This document shows, in pieces, positions 43,464-53,366 of a DNA stretch of 64,000 nucleotides (the stretch's first letter is position 1; the number at the start of each line of letters is the position of its first letter). The stretch is from Kiritimatiellales bacterium (GTDB lineage Bacteria; Verrucomicrobiota; Kiritimatiellia; Kiritimatiellales; Tichowtungiaceae). The translations under genes and the position numbers were made by a program. The notes beneath the pieces were generated by a model. It was not told the DNA's origin. It searched no databases and saw only the letters and a program-made list of their open reading frames with translations. Location of the stretch: positions 98,834-162,833 of the forward strand of contig JBBADV010000005.1 in assembly GCA_041656295.1 (NCBI GenBank), read 5' to 3'.

Positions 43464-45215
43464 ATGCTATTGAAGAGTTACGACTGCCGCTTGCTGGTTT
43501 TAATTTCTGCCCTGGCGCTCAATGCGTTCTGCTTTGACGCGGTGATGAAAATTCAACCGCCGGTGATCGGGTTGAATGAGCAGGCGCAACTGACGATTGA
43601 AGTCCGCCAGGCAAATAACGCTCAGCCGCCGGCGATCCCGGATGTTCCGGGATTAAAGATTAATTTCAGCGGACAGCAGACGCACATGAACTGGATCAAC
43701 GGGAAATCAGACAATTTTGTTTCGTTCAACTACACAGTTTATCCGCAACAAACCGGCGCGTTTCAGATCGGCCCGTTCGAGTATAAAACCGGACGGGAAA
43801 GTAAAATGCTGCAAGGTGAAATACGCGTGGTCAGTAATGCCGGCAGCGCACAGCAAAGCGAAAGCTGGAGCGATTATCTTTTTGCGCGCATCTCCGTCGA
43901 CCGTGCGACGGCATACATCCAGGAGCCGTATGAACTGACGCTTGAAATTTATACGCGTCCCGAAATTCAGCTCACCGGAAATATTAATCTGGCTGGCGAT
44001 CACATCGCTGGACTGGCGTGGCAGCAGGCCGGCGAAACCAGAGAAGTGTTTCACAATACCGTTTTTAACGTTCGGCGGTTTCGCGCCGGTACGCGCGCGA
44101 TCAGTTCCGGTACAATTCAATATGCGCCGGTGATTACGGTTCAGGTGGCGGTGCAAAATCAGAACCGCCGGCAGAACCGTGATCCGTTCGCCGGATTTTT
44201 TTCTGATCCGTTTTTCCACGGCACTGAAACGCGGCCGGTTGACATTCCGGCGGAACCGGCGGTGATTGAAATCAAACCGCTGCCGGCCGACCGTCCCGAC
44301 GGCTTTACCGGCGGCGTCGGACAGTTTGTATTTCAGACCGACGCCCAGCCGCGTGAAGTGCATCCCGGTGATCCGGTTACACTGACGATGAAAATCACGG
44401 GACGCGGAAATTTTGACCGCATTACTGCGCCGGCGCTGCCCGCCGAAGCACCGTTTCGCATGTACGGCGAACCCTCTAAAAAACAGGATGAAACCGGCGT
44501 TCTGTTTGAACAGGTCATTTCGCCGCGCGATGCAAATGTTACTGAAATTCCGGCGCTTACCTTTTCATTTTTCGACACGCAAACGGGCGAATATACCGTG
44601 CTTCACAGCGCACCGATCCCGCTCACGGTAAACGCAAGCGAAAATTCCACCGCGCAGCTTTTCGCCACAAAAGAAATCATCATCCAGCCGGCACCGGATA
44701 CGCCGTTTGCAACGGAAAGTGATTTGCAAAAAATTGAAGCGTTTGTCACGAAACTGTGGAACACGGTCCGTCCGTGGCTGTGGACACTTCCGGCGGCGGC
44801 CGGGCTGTGGCTGATTCTTTTCGTCGCGCGCAAAATTTATTTCCACCGCAAAAAAGATATCGCGCGCGCGCGCCGGCAGAAAGCGCCGAAAGCGGCGCGG
44901 CGCGCACTGCGCGCGGCTGACTACGCGCGGCGGCGCAACGACAGCAAAGCATTTTATGATTCGCTGTGGAACGCCCTCGCCGATTATTTCGGCAACCGTT
45001 TGAATCTGCCGCCGGGCGATGTTACTGCCGATATTGTACTGCGCTCGCTCGAACAGGAAAATTTCAGTGCAGAATCTGTTGCAGAACTGCGGATAATTTT
45101 TGACAGGGTAGAGATCAGCCGTTATGGAATCGACGCCGCTAAAACCCCGGAGGAGATGAAAGCGGTACAACGGTCCCTTGAACAGATTTTAAAACACTGT
45201 GAAAAAAGGTTATGA
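43464..45215 (+). CDS. batD: BatD (oxygen-tolerance) protein
   Basis: ORF trimmed to MLLKSYDCRLL (signal). Has repeated beta-rich BatD modules (F.IGPFEY; G.IQYAPV), a C-terminal TM helix and a basic/helical tail. Confidence 0.75.
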   Translation: MLLKSYDCRLLVLISALALNAFCFDAVMKIQPPVIGLNEQAQLTIEVRQANNAQPPAIPDVPGLKINFSGQQTHMNWINGKSDNFVSFNYTVYPQQTGAFQIGPFEYKTGRESKMLQGEIRVVSNAGSAQQSESWSDYLFARISVDRATAYIQEPYELTLEIYTRPEIQLTGNINLAGDHIAGLAWQQAGETREVFHNTVFNVRRFRAGTRAISSGTIQYAPVITVQVAVQNQNRRQNRDPFAGFFSDPFFHGTETRPVDIPAEPAVIEIKPLPADRPDGFTGGVGQFVFQTDAQPREVHPGDPVTLTMKITGRGNFDRITAPALPAEAPFRMYGEPSKKQDETGVLFEQVISPRDANVTEIPALTFSFFDTQTGEYTVLHSAPIPLTVNASENSTAQLFATKEIIIQPAPDTPFATESDLQKIEAFVTKLWNTVRPWLWTLPAAAGLWLILFVARKIYFHRKKDIARARRQKAPKAARRALRAADYARRRNDSKAFYDSLWNALADYFGNRLNLPPGDVTADIVLRSLEQENFSAESVAELRIIFDRVEISRYGIDAAKTPEEMKAVQRSLEQILKHCEKRL

Positions 45216-45490
45216 TTGCGGTTTTCACTCTTGGAAAACCGGTGCAAGAAAGAATAGAGTATATTTTTAGTATGAATTTTTCGAATAACAATAATTTTAA
45301 AAGTACGGCGTGGCTGTGGTGGATCGCTTTCATCTCCATCGCCGTTGGCGTTGCTGCATTTTTTGCACTCGAACCGTTTAATTATAAGAGCAACATTGAA
45401 AACATCCGTATTGCACTCGGTATGGTATTCGGAATTTGTATCCCCGGTATTTGTATCATTATCGGTACGTCCCGGAAGTGGTTTGATTAA
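45212..45490 (+). CDS. Small two-TM membrane protein
   Basis: ATGA overlap with batD and two hydrophobic helices. No recognisable family. Confidence 0.45.
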   Translation: MIAVFTLGKPVQERIEYIFSMNFSNNNNFKSTAWLWWIAFISIAVGVAAFFALEPFNYKSNIENIRIALGMVFGICIPGICIIIGTSRKWFD

Positions 45491-45615
45491 AACCCGCCGG
45501 CTGATTCCGCAGTGCGGATCGTTATTAACAAATAAGCGCAGTATCATTTGTGTAAAATATTTATAGACCGGTATTGCTGATTTATGAATTAATTTCTATA
45601 AATCTCTATATTTTC

Positions 45616-46851
45616 ATGAAACCGGATCGTCCAATTTTGCCTGCCCGTGTCCTGCAGCGCATTCGCCAAAGCTATCGCAGTTCATACCCGCTGGATGTGC
45701 TTGAGGTGACTGCCGCCGGGTGCTGCCCGACGGAAACCAAGCCGCTGGATCTGCCGGCACTCGACAGCGCACGCGCACATGCGCTCTCCGAAGCTGTGCG
45801 CTGGGGTGAACCCTATACATTTTTCCTGCTGCCGAATGTAATCAGCTGGATCATTCCGGTGGTGAAAGATAATGAAATTCTCGGCGGTCTGCTCGGCGGC
45901 GCGGTCATGCCGGATGATGATCCGTATGAACGGCTTGAAAGCGTCAATCACCTCGCGAGCGCCGGCTGTTCACGTGAAGCAGCCGAACAGTTTATGAAGT
46001 CGCTGCCGGTCTGGACAAACCGCGATCAACCGCAAAAAGCGGCCGAATTTTTGTTTGCGCTCACCTGCTGTGAAGTGAAGTGGGATATGATGCTGCTCAG
46101 TGAAAACCGGAAAAAAGCGTTGCGGCAGCGGCAGATTGCCGAAGAAATTCACCGGCGGAAACAGGGACCGGCAAACCGCACACTGATTGATGATGAGCGC
46201 CGTCTCCTTTCGCTAATGAAGGCCGGCGATCAAAAAGGCGCACGACGCGAACTGAACAAAACACTCGGCGCACTGTTTTCACACACGGCCGACAATCTTC
46301 TGCTTAAAGCACATGTAATTGAAATGATGGGGTATCTGGTTCGCAGTGCACTTGAAGACAGTCCGCACATGAGTCCGCTGATTGAAAAAAATCATGCCTG
46401 GATGAAAAATGTTATCGATGCCGAAGATTTCGAACAGCTTTCCGACGTCGTTGCCGATGCCCTTGACGATTTTATGCGTAATATTTATCTGCAAGGACAC
46501 CGCAGTGTAAATGAAACCGTCGCGCGGATTCTCAATTATCTCGGCGATAACTTTCATGAAAACATCACGCTCGAGGCTGTTGCTAACGAAGTATCGCTGA
46601 GCACATTCCGCATTGCGCATCTCGTTAAAGAATCCACCGGCAAAACTGTTTTACAGCACGTTCATCAACTGCGCATTCGCGAAGCGCAGCGATTGCTCGA
46701 ACAAAGTGATTTAAGCTGCACCAATATCGCCTATGAGGCCGGCTTTGGCGACCAAAGTTATTTCATCAAACAATTCCGCAAACAGCTCGGCATCACCCCT
46801 GCTAAATACCGCCGCCTCTATCATTCACAAAAAAGTCAGCCGGAAGAATAA
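45616..46851 (+). CDS. AraC-family transcriptional regulator with an N-terminal sensor-like domain
   Basis: C-terminal double HTH (ITLEAVANEVSLSTFRIAHLVK...; CTNIAYEAGFGDQSYFIKQFRKQLGITPAKYRR). Confidence 0.85.
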   Translation: MKPDRPILPARVLQRIRQSYRSSYPLDVLEVTAAGCCPTETKPLDLPALDSARAHALSEAVRWGEPYTFFLLPNVISWIIPVVKDNEILGGLLGGAVMPDDDPYERLESVNHLASAGCSREAAEQFMKSLPVWTNRDQPQKAAEFLFALTCCEVKWDMMLLSENRKKALRQRQIAEEIHRRKQGPANRTLIDDERRLLSLMKAGDQKGARRELNKTLGALFSHTADNLLLKAHVIEMMGYLVRSALEDSPHMSPLIEKNHAWMKNVIDAEDFEQLSDVVADALDDFMRNIYLQGHRSVNETVARILNYLGDNFHENITLEAVANEVSLSTFRIAHLVKESTGKTVLQHVHQLRIREAQRLLEQSDLSCTNIAYEAGFGDQSYFIKQFRKQLGITPAKYRRLYHSQKSQPEE

Positions 46852-46924
46852 TTTTATTCCGCTAAAAACTTCTCCGGTTCTTTTTATTTTTTCCGCCGAC
46901 GGAAAATGGTTTATTACCTGACAC

Positions 46925-47827
46925 ATGAAATACCGGCCAAAACATATTGCTGAATATATCGCAGTGCGGGCAGCGCTGGCGGTGATCAATATCTTGCCAT
47001 TGCGCGCGGCGCTGGCATTGGGCTGGCTGGCAAGCGTACTCTTTTTTTATGTTTTCCGGTTCCGTACCGCTAAAGCAGTGGCACGGCTGGAAGAGGTTTT
47101 CGGCGATCGTTTTTCGCCGCGTGAACGCCGGCGGATTGCGCGGCTCTCGTTCCGCAATCTCTGTTTTAACGCCGTTGAATCGGCGCGGTTTTATAAATTA
47201 ACACCCAAAAAATTAAAACGCATGCCGTTCTATCAAAGCATCGAAGACTTTCACCGGGAGCATAAAAACAGCGGCCCGCTCATTCTGGTTACGGCGCACA
47301 TGGGAAATTGGGATCTTGCCGGAGTCGGATGCAGACTGGCCGGTATGCCGATTTTTTCCATTGCGCGCCGGCAGAAGAATCCGCTGACGGATAAGCTGCT
47401 GAATAACATGCGCAATGCCACCGGCATGGAGGTGATTCTGAATGATTCGCGTGTGCTCCAGAATGTGGTACGCAAACTGAAAGCCGGCGGCGTGCTGGCG
47501 ATTCTGCCGGATGTCCGCTCACAAACCGAGGCATTGACAATTGATTTCCTCGGCGGCAAAGCCAACCTCGGCGCCGGTGCGGCGCTGTTTGCACAACTGG
47601 CCAACTGCCCGGTTTATACAGCGATTCTCATCCGTCATGGCTGGACAAGACATGAAGCCAAAGTATTCGATCCGATCACTCCCGATCCCGCGCTTGACCG
47701 CCATGCAGACCGGCAGCGCATTATGCAGACTGTAATGACCCATATTACCGAAGAGGTTTTTAAACACCCTGAGCAGTATTTCTGGTTTAACAAGCGCTGG
47801 GTAATGGATCCGTTTACGAAAAAATAA
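46925..47827 (+). CDS. Lipid A biosynthesis (LpxL/HtrB-like) lysophospholipid acyltransferase
   Basis: N-terminal TM helix and an H-x4-D-type motif region (TAHMGNWDL). Has the typical C-terminal PEQYFWFNKRW. Confidence 0.75.
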   Translation: MKYRPKHIAEYIAVRAALAVINILPLRAALALGWLASVLFFYVFRFRTAKAVARLEEVFGDRFSPRERRRIARLSFRNLCFNAVESARFYKLTPKKLKRMPFYQSIEDFHREHKNSGPLILVTAHMGNWDLAGVGCRLAGMPIFSIARRQKNPLTDKLLNNMRNATGMEVILNDSRVLQNVVRKLKAGGVLAILPDVRSQTEALTIDFLGGKANLGAGAALFAQLANCPVYTAILIRHGWTRHEAKVFDPITPDPALDRHADRQRIMQTVMTHITEEVFKHPEQYFWFNKRWVMDPFTKK

Positions 47828-48565
47828 GGTTCAAGACAAGTTAATGGGACGCTTTCTGAACATTTTTAACAGTATCTGATAGAGGTCTTCGTGATGATGA
47901 TTCAATCGGAATTCACACTCTTTCAGATGGAGATAAAACGTTGATTTGTGAATCCCTCTGAATTTTGAAAGCCGGACCTTAGCAAGACTCCAGAAGTTTT
48001 CAATACCGTTGATATGATTGCGTCCGGCAGCAAATTCATTCTCCCCATGATGAATCCTGTAATGCTTCCGGTAACCGAAATTTACCAGGCCATCGTAACT
48101 TTTAAATCCATCGGTATATACGATCGATTCTGTATCAACTTTCTGTTGTATAATAGGAAGTAACTCCTTTACAGAACAGTTTTTAACAACCTGAGTGCAG
48201 ACCCGGTCTTTTCGTTTGATCAATCCAAACACAATGGTTTTTCCTTTTGCGCCACGACCGCGAATTCCTCGTACACGCCGGGCACCGAAACAGCTTTCAT
48301 CCAATTCGAATTCACCGCATTTAAAGGGCTTTCCAGCTCACCGCATTCAGCGACCCGCTGGCGTACCGCAGAAATAATCCGGTTGATTATGTTGCGACTC
48401 AACCCGGTAAGAACGGCCATCTTGGATGCTTCAATATCCACCGAGAAGCAGCGGATAATCCGCCGGAAATCGTGCTCCGAAATCCGTGAATGGAAAATAT
48501 ATTTATTACTCATTTCAAGACAACATCTTAAGGGCTATATCAACCCTGTTAACCTGTCTTGAACC
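47828..48565 (-). mobile_element. IS1595-family insertion sequence (copy 3, same species as copy 2, defective)
   Basis: Terminal inverted repeats GGTTCAAGACAAGTTAA and TTAACCTGTCTTGAACC (1 mismatch). The left end starts 1 nt after the acyltransferase stop codon. Confidence 0.85.
47831..48513 (-). pseudogene. IS1595-family transposase, frameshifted
   Basis: Split into ORFs 48220..48513 and 47831..48304. Alignment by eye to copy 2 shows a 1-nt deletion in the AGTCCGTTTAAATG segment (here AGCCCTTTAAATG). Confidence 0.8.
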
Positions 48566-48672
48566 TTTTTATTTTCCGGGTTAACTTCCATAAAATATCC
48601 CATAATCCGGTCAAAAAGAAAGCCGATCGAAAGTCATCAATCGGCAACCGGCTGAAATGCACCGGGCTCCGC

Positions 48673-49037
48673 TAGAGCATTTTAAATTAATGTATAGCCG
48701 CAAAAATGCGCAAAAATCGCAAAATAATTATGGGCCGAATGATTGATAAACCGCAGAGCGCACTGAGAACTTTTCAACTCTCAACTGTAAACTGAAAACC
48801 CTGAACACGGAACGCGGCGAGGGCGCCGCGTCTACTATACTCTGCCTCTCTGCTAATCCCTAATGCCTGATGCTTGCTGCACAACTTCCGTGTGTGTTGT
48901 GTATCCCGTGGTTTAAATATCTGCGTTCATCTACGTTATCCGCGGATTTCCCAAGGCAGGCAAAGGTGCCTGCGATACATTACACTTTTGTGTGTTTTTG
49001 TGTTTTTTGTGGCTATAGTTTTTCTTAATACGCTCTA
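48673..49037 (-). repeat. Modular foldback element, copy 3 (reverse orientation)
   Basis: The reverse complement aligns with copy 1 over the termini and core, including ACGCGGCG-CCCT-CGCCGCGT. It carries the extra GCAGGCA-CCTT-TGCCTGC module shared with copy 2. Confidence 0.85.
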
Positions 49038-49227
49038 ATGCGGAGCAATGGAGTGCAGTTTAAAAAGGCCCGGATCCGGCGGCTCATTTCTGAACCCTGT
49101 TAAACAAGGTGGGCGCCCTCAGAATAAAGGCGGAATACGCCAGTACCGTCCTGAGCGCCCTAAGTATTTCGCTATCGGATCAGAAAATTATTGCCGATCC
49201 GGACGGGCTGAATTGTTTAAAGAACAT

Positions 49228-49256
49228 CGTGAAAACCTCATGTTTCACGGTTTTTA
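49228..49256 (+). terminator. Orphan rho-independent terminator-like hairpin
   Basis: CGTGAAA/TTTCACG stem with an 8-nt loop, followed by GTTTTTA. No plus-strand gene ends nearby except, across the IS and foldback insertions, the acyltransferase gene. Confidence 0.4.
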
Positions 49257-49350
49257 TATTAAGGGTTTTCTATGATGAAAGTCAAGCCGCAGTTTACAAA
49301 ACTCTGTGAAGCAACGTAAAAATGGTTGCATTAGGCGGCCGCAATGATTT

Positions 49351-50706
49351 TTACACCGACTTTATGCGGTCTTCAAAGCGGGTGATGTCACCAAAGAAGT
49401 TCATTTCAACTTCACCGGTAGGTCCGTTACGGTGCTTGGCGATATCAACAACAGCGAGGTTTTCGTCTTCACAGCTTTTGTCGTAATATCTGGGGCGGCG
49501 CAATAAAAGTACAACATCAGCATCCTGCTCAATGGCGCCGGAATCGCGTAAATCGGATAAACGCGGCTTGTTATCGCGTCCGCTCTGTTCCGGCGCACGG
49601 CTGAGCTGGCTGAGGATGAGCACCGGCACATTCAATTCTTTTGCCATGGCCTTGATGCCATTTGAAATAGAAGCGGTTTCCTGCTGACGTCCATCGCGCG
49701 CGCGGCGTTTGTCATGCAGCAGCTGAAGATAATCAATCACGATTAAGTCTATGCCGTAAACTCGTTTCATGCGGCGTGCACGCGCGCGCAAATCCATGAT
49801 ATCAAGTCCGGCGGAATCATCGACCACAATGGGTGCTTTCCCCAGTTTATCTGCGGAAGAACCAAGCCGCGCACAATCTTCAGCAGAATGATAATCTTTC
49901 CACGCCGGCACACGGGCGTGACTGAAGAGCATACGCCGGACCAGCTGCTCCTGCGACATTTCAAGACTGAATACGCCGACGGCGTATTTGCCGCCGCCAT
50001 CCGGTTTATCCGCCATTGCTGCACGTTCGGCAATGTTCATAGCCAGTGAAGTTTTTCCCATAGACGGACGCGCGGCAAGTACGATCATATCGGTGTTGTG
50101 CAGCCCTCGCAGCTGTTTGTCCAAATCAATGTATCCGGTGGGAACACCATCGGACATGCTGATGCCGTCAATAATTTTGCCGGCAATGTTGCGAACGGTT
50201 TCTGGCCAGTTTTCTTTAGAAACTCCTTGGGTGTCGTTCAGTTCGAAAAAGTCCTGCTCAACACGCGCAAGCAGTTCTTCGACACTTTCGTCGTCGGTTA
50301 ACGAAAAGCTGCGGTCAATAGTCTCGGTAGCCTTCGAAATGATTTTCCGGAGCAGATGTTTCTGCTTAACAAATTCAAGGTAAAATTCGGCGTGAGCGGC
50401 GGTCGGCGTACTGTCAAGCAATCCTTCAAGAAATGCATAGCCGCCGACAACATCAAGTTTTCCAGAAGTTTTAAGGCTTTCGCCGGCTGTAAGGAGGTCG
50501 ATGGCCTGCGCGGCCTGATACATATCACTGATATGCTCAAATATCAGCCGGTGCGCAGGAATATAGAATGAATCGGCGGAAACAGACTTCATCGAACAAA
50601 GTTCGATGACACGAACAGGATCAATCAGAATAGAACCGAGAACACCGCGTTCAGCCTCCTCGCTATAGGGCGGAAGACGGCGCCCGCTCTGATCGATCAG
50701 GCCCAT
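49351..50706 (-). CDS. dnaB: Replicative DNA helicase
   Basis: N-terminal PPYSEEAERGVLGS, Walker A ARPSMGKTS, and IDYLQL and SQLSR motifs. Confidence 0.95.
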   Translation of the reverse strand: MGLIDQSGRRLPPYSEEAERGVLGSILIDPVRVIELCSMKSVSADSFYIPAHRLIFEHISDMYQAAQAIDLLTAGESLKTSGKLDVVGGYAFLEGLLDSTPTAAHAEFYLEFVKQKHLLRKIISKATETIDRSFSLTDDESVEELLARVEQDFFELNDTQGVSKENWPETVRNIAGKIIDGISMSDGVPTGYIDLDKQLRGLHNTDMIVLAARPSMGKTSLAMNIAERAAMADKPDGGGKYAVGVFSLEMSQEQLVRRMLFSHARVPAWKDYHSAEDCARLGSSADKLGKAPIVVDDSAGLDIMDLRARARRMKRVYGIDLIVIDYLQLLHDKRRARDGRQQETASISNGIKAMAKELNVPVLILSQLSRAPEQSGRDNKPRLSDLRDSGAIEQDADVVLLLRRPRYYDKSCEDENLAVVDIAKHRNGPTGEVEMNFFGDITRFEDRIKSV

Positions 50707-51155
50707 TATTCCTCAACGATCCAGACCTTTACTGCCGTTTTGACTTCAGGATGCAGTTCAATATCTACGTCATATACGCCGAGTTCGTGTAACGGGGCAG
50801 CTAGTTTAATCTGATTTTTATCAAGCTTAAGGCCCTGCTCTGTGATTTTTTCTACAATCTGCACAGCACCGACGGAACCGAAGAGTTTACCGCTCTCCGT
50901 TGTTTTGACAGTGATGGTACAGGAAATATTTTCAAATTTTTTCGCCAGTTCTTCGGCAGCAAATTTTTCTTTGCGCAGCATTTCAAGACGTTCCGCACGC
51001 TTCTTTTCGATCTGCCGTTTTTTGCCTTCCGTTACCGCAGCCGCTTTGCCTTTCGGGAAAAGATAGTTGCGCGCATAGCCGTCCGCTACGCGAACCACAT
51101 CACCTTCGATTCCGAGCCCCGGAACCGCATCCATTAATAAAACTTCAACAGCCAT
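50706..51155 (-). CDS. rplI: 50S ribosomal protein L9
   Basis: GDVV.VADGYARNYLFPKG.A signature; 149 aa. Confidence 0.9.
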   Translation of the reverse strand: MAVEVLLMDAVPGLGIEGDVVRVADGYARNYLFPKGKAAAVTEGKKRQIEKKRAERLEMLRKEKFAAEELAKKFENISCTITVKTTESGKLFGSVGAVQIVEKITEQGLKLDKNQIKLAAPLHELGVYDVDIELHPEVKTAVKVWIVEE

Positions 51156-51173
51156 TTCTGTTTTCTCCTAAAA

Positions 51174-51371
51174 TTAGCGTAAAAAACCCATCACGCGTGC
51201 CTGACGGATCGCCCGTTTAATCTGACGCTGCTGCCTGGAACTGATACCGTTGTAACGCCGCGGCAGAATTTTGCCGCGATCAGTCATAAACTTACGCAGC
51301 ATCTCTGCGTCTTTGTAGTCGATTTCAGTAACGCCTTCGAGAGGCTTTTTATCATCTTTTTCGTATGCCAT
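51174..51371 (-). CDS. rpsR: 30S ribosomal protein S18
   Basis: YKD...L.KF....GKILPRR.....S..QR.I..AI..AR..G motif; 65 aa. Confidence 0.9.
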   Translation of the reverse strand: MAYEKDDKKPLEGVTEIDYKDAEMLRKFMTDRGKILPRRYNGISSRQQRQIKRAIRQARVMGFLR

Positions 51372-51388
51372 ACTGTAACCTTTCCTTA

Positions 51389-51805
51389 TTAAAAGGGGAT
51401 ATCATCATCGTCTGCCGCGCCATCCTGCGGCGGCATCATATTCTGCGGAGCGTCAGCCATCTCGGCGGATTTACGCGGCGAGCCGAGAAACTGCACACGA
51501 TCCGCACGCACCCTCAACTTACTGCGTTTTTCGCCCTGCTGATTTTCCCACTGGTCGAGTTTTAAACGGCCCTCAATAAAAACCGGTGAACCTTTGCGCA
51601 GATATTCGGCGCAGGTTTCTGCCTGACGCGCCCACACCTCAACATCTACAAACACAGTGCTTTCCACCGTTTCACCGGCTTTGTTTTTATAGCTTTCATT
51701 CACTGCCATGCCGAGCTCGCCGACGGCAGTACCGGACGGCGTATAACGCACCTCGGGATCGCGGGTCAGATTGCCCATTAGAAAAACTCGATTCAGCGTC
51801 GACAT
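51389..51805 (-). CDS. ssb: Single-stranded DNA-binding protein
   Basis: LNRVFLMGNLTRDPEVRYTPSG OB-fold start and an acidic tail ending DDDIPF. Confidence 0.95.
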   Translation of the reverse strand: MSTLNRVFLMGNLTRDPEVRYTPSGTAVGELGMAVNESYKNKAGETVESTVFVDVEVWARQAETCAEYLRKGSPVFIEGRLKLDQWENQQGEKRSKLRVRADRVQFLGSPRKSAEMADAPQNMMPPQDGAADDDDIPF

Positions 51806-51808
51806 AAT

Positions 51809-52117
51809 TTACGCCTCCTGCGCGACGGCTTCATCCTTTTTCATAAATTGCGCACGGAACACATCGCTGACCAGTTTCAAGCGGTATTTAAATGCACTGA
51901 TCTGTTCGCCGTCTAGACGAAACATGATCACCACATAGATACCGGCTTTCGTTTTATGCATCGGGCGCGCAAACGAACGTTTACCTAAACGGGTTGTGCT
52001 TCCCAGCGTACCGCCAAGCTTTTCAAGCTCAACCTTTACGAGGTCGATCGACTGGTCAAGCTGCTCTTCTTCCAATGTTTCCGGGAAAATAAAAAGTCCC
52101 TCATACAGTGTCATCAA
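51809..52117 (-). CDS. rpsF: 30S ribosomal protein S6
   Basis: YEGLFIF start, 102 aa, and its position in the rpsF-ssb-rpsR-rplI cluster. Confidence 0.85.
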   Translation of the reverse strand: MMTLYEGLFIFPETLEEEQLDQSIDLVKVELEKLGGTLGSTTRLGKRSFARPMHKTKAGIYVVIMFRLDGEQISAFKYRLKLVSDVFRAQFMKKDEAVAQEA

Positions 52118-52127
52118 TGTTTTCTCC

Positions 52128-52700
52128 TTACTCCTGTCCTCTGTTAAAATAATTCATCGCCGGTTCAATCCCTGCGCAGCAAACCATTTCAACAGCATCT
52201 GCCGCGCGCCGGATTGTTTCACTCAGTCCTGCCCACTCCTCTTCTGAGAATACGCCAAGGACATAATCCGAAAGCGGCATATTATCAGGTTTCTTTCCGA
52301 TGCCAACCCGAATTCTATTGAAAGCATTGCCATCGAGGGCGTCGATTACTGACTGCACCCCGTTGTGCTTTCCTGCCGAACCCTGCGCACGAATACGCAA
52401 CTGGCCGAAGCCGAGTGCCACATCATCAAAAACTACAATCAAATCATCTGTTCCGCATTTTTCTCGGCGAAGAAATGATGCGACAGCAGCACCACTCCGG
52501 TTCATATAAGTTTGCGGTTTTATCAGCCGCACCGGCGCAGCATCAATTCTGCCTTTGGCAATCAGTGCCGGTATCCGCCAGCTCCGGCGAAACCGGATGC
52601 TCATGCGCTGTGCGAGCTCATCAAGAACCAGAAATCCAATGTTGTGGCGGGTGTTTTCATAGCCCAGCCCCGGATTGCCGAGCCCGGCGATAATCTTCAT
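52128..52700 (-). CDS. pth: Peptidyl-tRNA hydrolase
   Basis: IAGLGNPG..Y..TRHN.GF, MNRSG and HNG motifs. Confidence 0.9.
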   Translation of the reverse strand: MKIIAGLGNPGLGYENTRHNIGFLVLDELAQRMSIRFRRSWRIPALIAKGRIDAAPVRLIKPQTYMNRSGAAVASFLRREKCGTDDLIVVFDDVALGFGQLRIRAQGSAGKHNGVQSVIDALDGNAFNRIRVGIGKKPDNMPLSDYVLGVFSEEEWAGLSETIRRAADAVEMVCCAGIEPAMNYFNRGQE

Positions 52701-52715
52701 TCAGGAACTCCGCAG

Positions 52716-53354
52716 TTACTCTTCGTCTTTTTTCTCGCGGATCACTTCCGGCTCAGCAGCGTCGTCAGCAGCCTTGTCTTCACTGACGGTTTCCTCCTCA
52801 GCCCTCGGGACATAAACGGTTGCAACTGCCGTTTTTCCAGCTTCCAGAATCTTATATTTATCACTTTTCGGAATATCCTCTACTGTGAGAATTTCCTCCA
52901 GCTTAATCGCGGAAACATCCACTTTTACCTGCTCGGGAATATCCGCCGGAAAACATTCAATCTCAATTTCATGCAGCAGCTGTTCGAGAATACCGCCCAG
53001 CTTGGCACCTTCTGCTTCGCCGACAAGCTCAATCAATACGCTGACGCGCAGTTTTTTATCCATTGCTACTTCCTGCATATCAACATGTTTAACACCGCCG
53101 GACAGTGCATTACGCTGAATCTCTTTCAGTAAAACCGACTCTTCTTTCTGCCCGTCGATCTGAATCGGAATCATCACCTGCTCACTGGCATGACGATGAA
53201 GCATCTGTTCAAACTCGTGCTTGGGCAGAGAAACGGCGCGGACTTCACGACCTTTGCTGTAGATTACGCCCGGGATCCAGCCTTCACGGCGCAAGCGGCG
53301 GGAAGCGGCGGAACCTTTCCGGTCTCTGCTTTTCACTGCAATTTTTGTGCTCAT
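52716..53354 (-). CDS. rplY: 50S ribosomal protein L25 / general stress protein Ctc (long form)
   Basis: RR.G.IPGV.Y start, a two-domain length of 212 aa and an acidic C-terminus. Confidence 0.8.
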   Translation of the reverse strand: MSTKIAVKSRDRKGSAASRRLRREGWIPGVIYSKGREVRAVSLPKHEFEQMLHRHASEQVMIPIQIDGQKEESVLLKEIQRNALSGGVKHVDMQEVAMDKKLRVSVLIELVGEAEGAKLGGILEQLLHEIEIECFPADIPEQVKVDVSAIKLEEILTVEDIPKSDKYKILEAGKTAVATVYVPRAEEETVSEDKAADDAAEPEVIREKKDEE

Positions 53355-53366
53355 ATTTTTGTCTCC

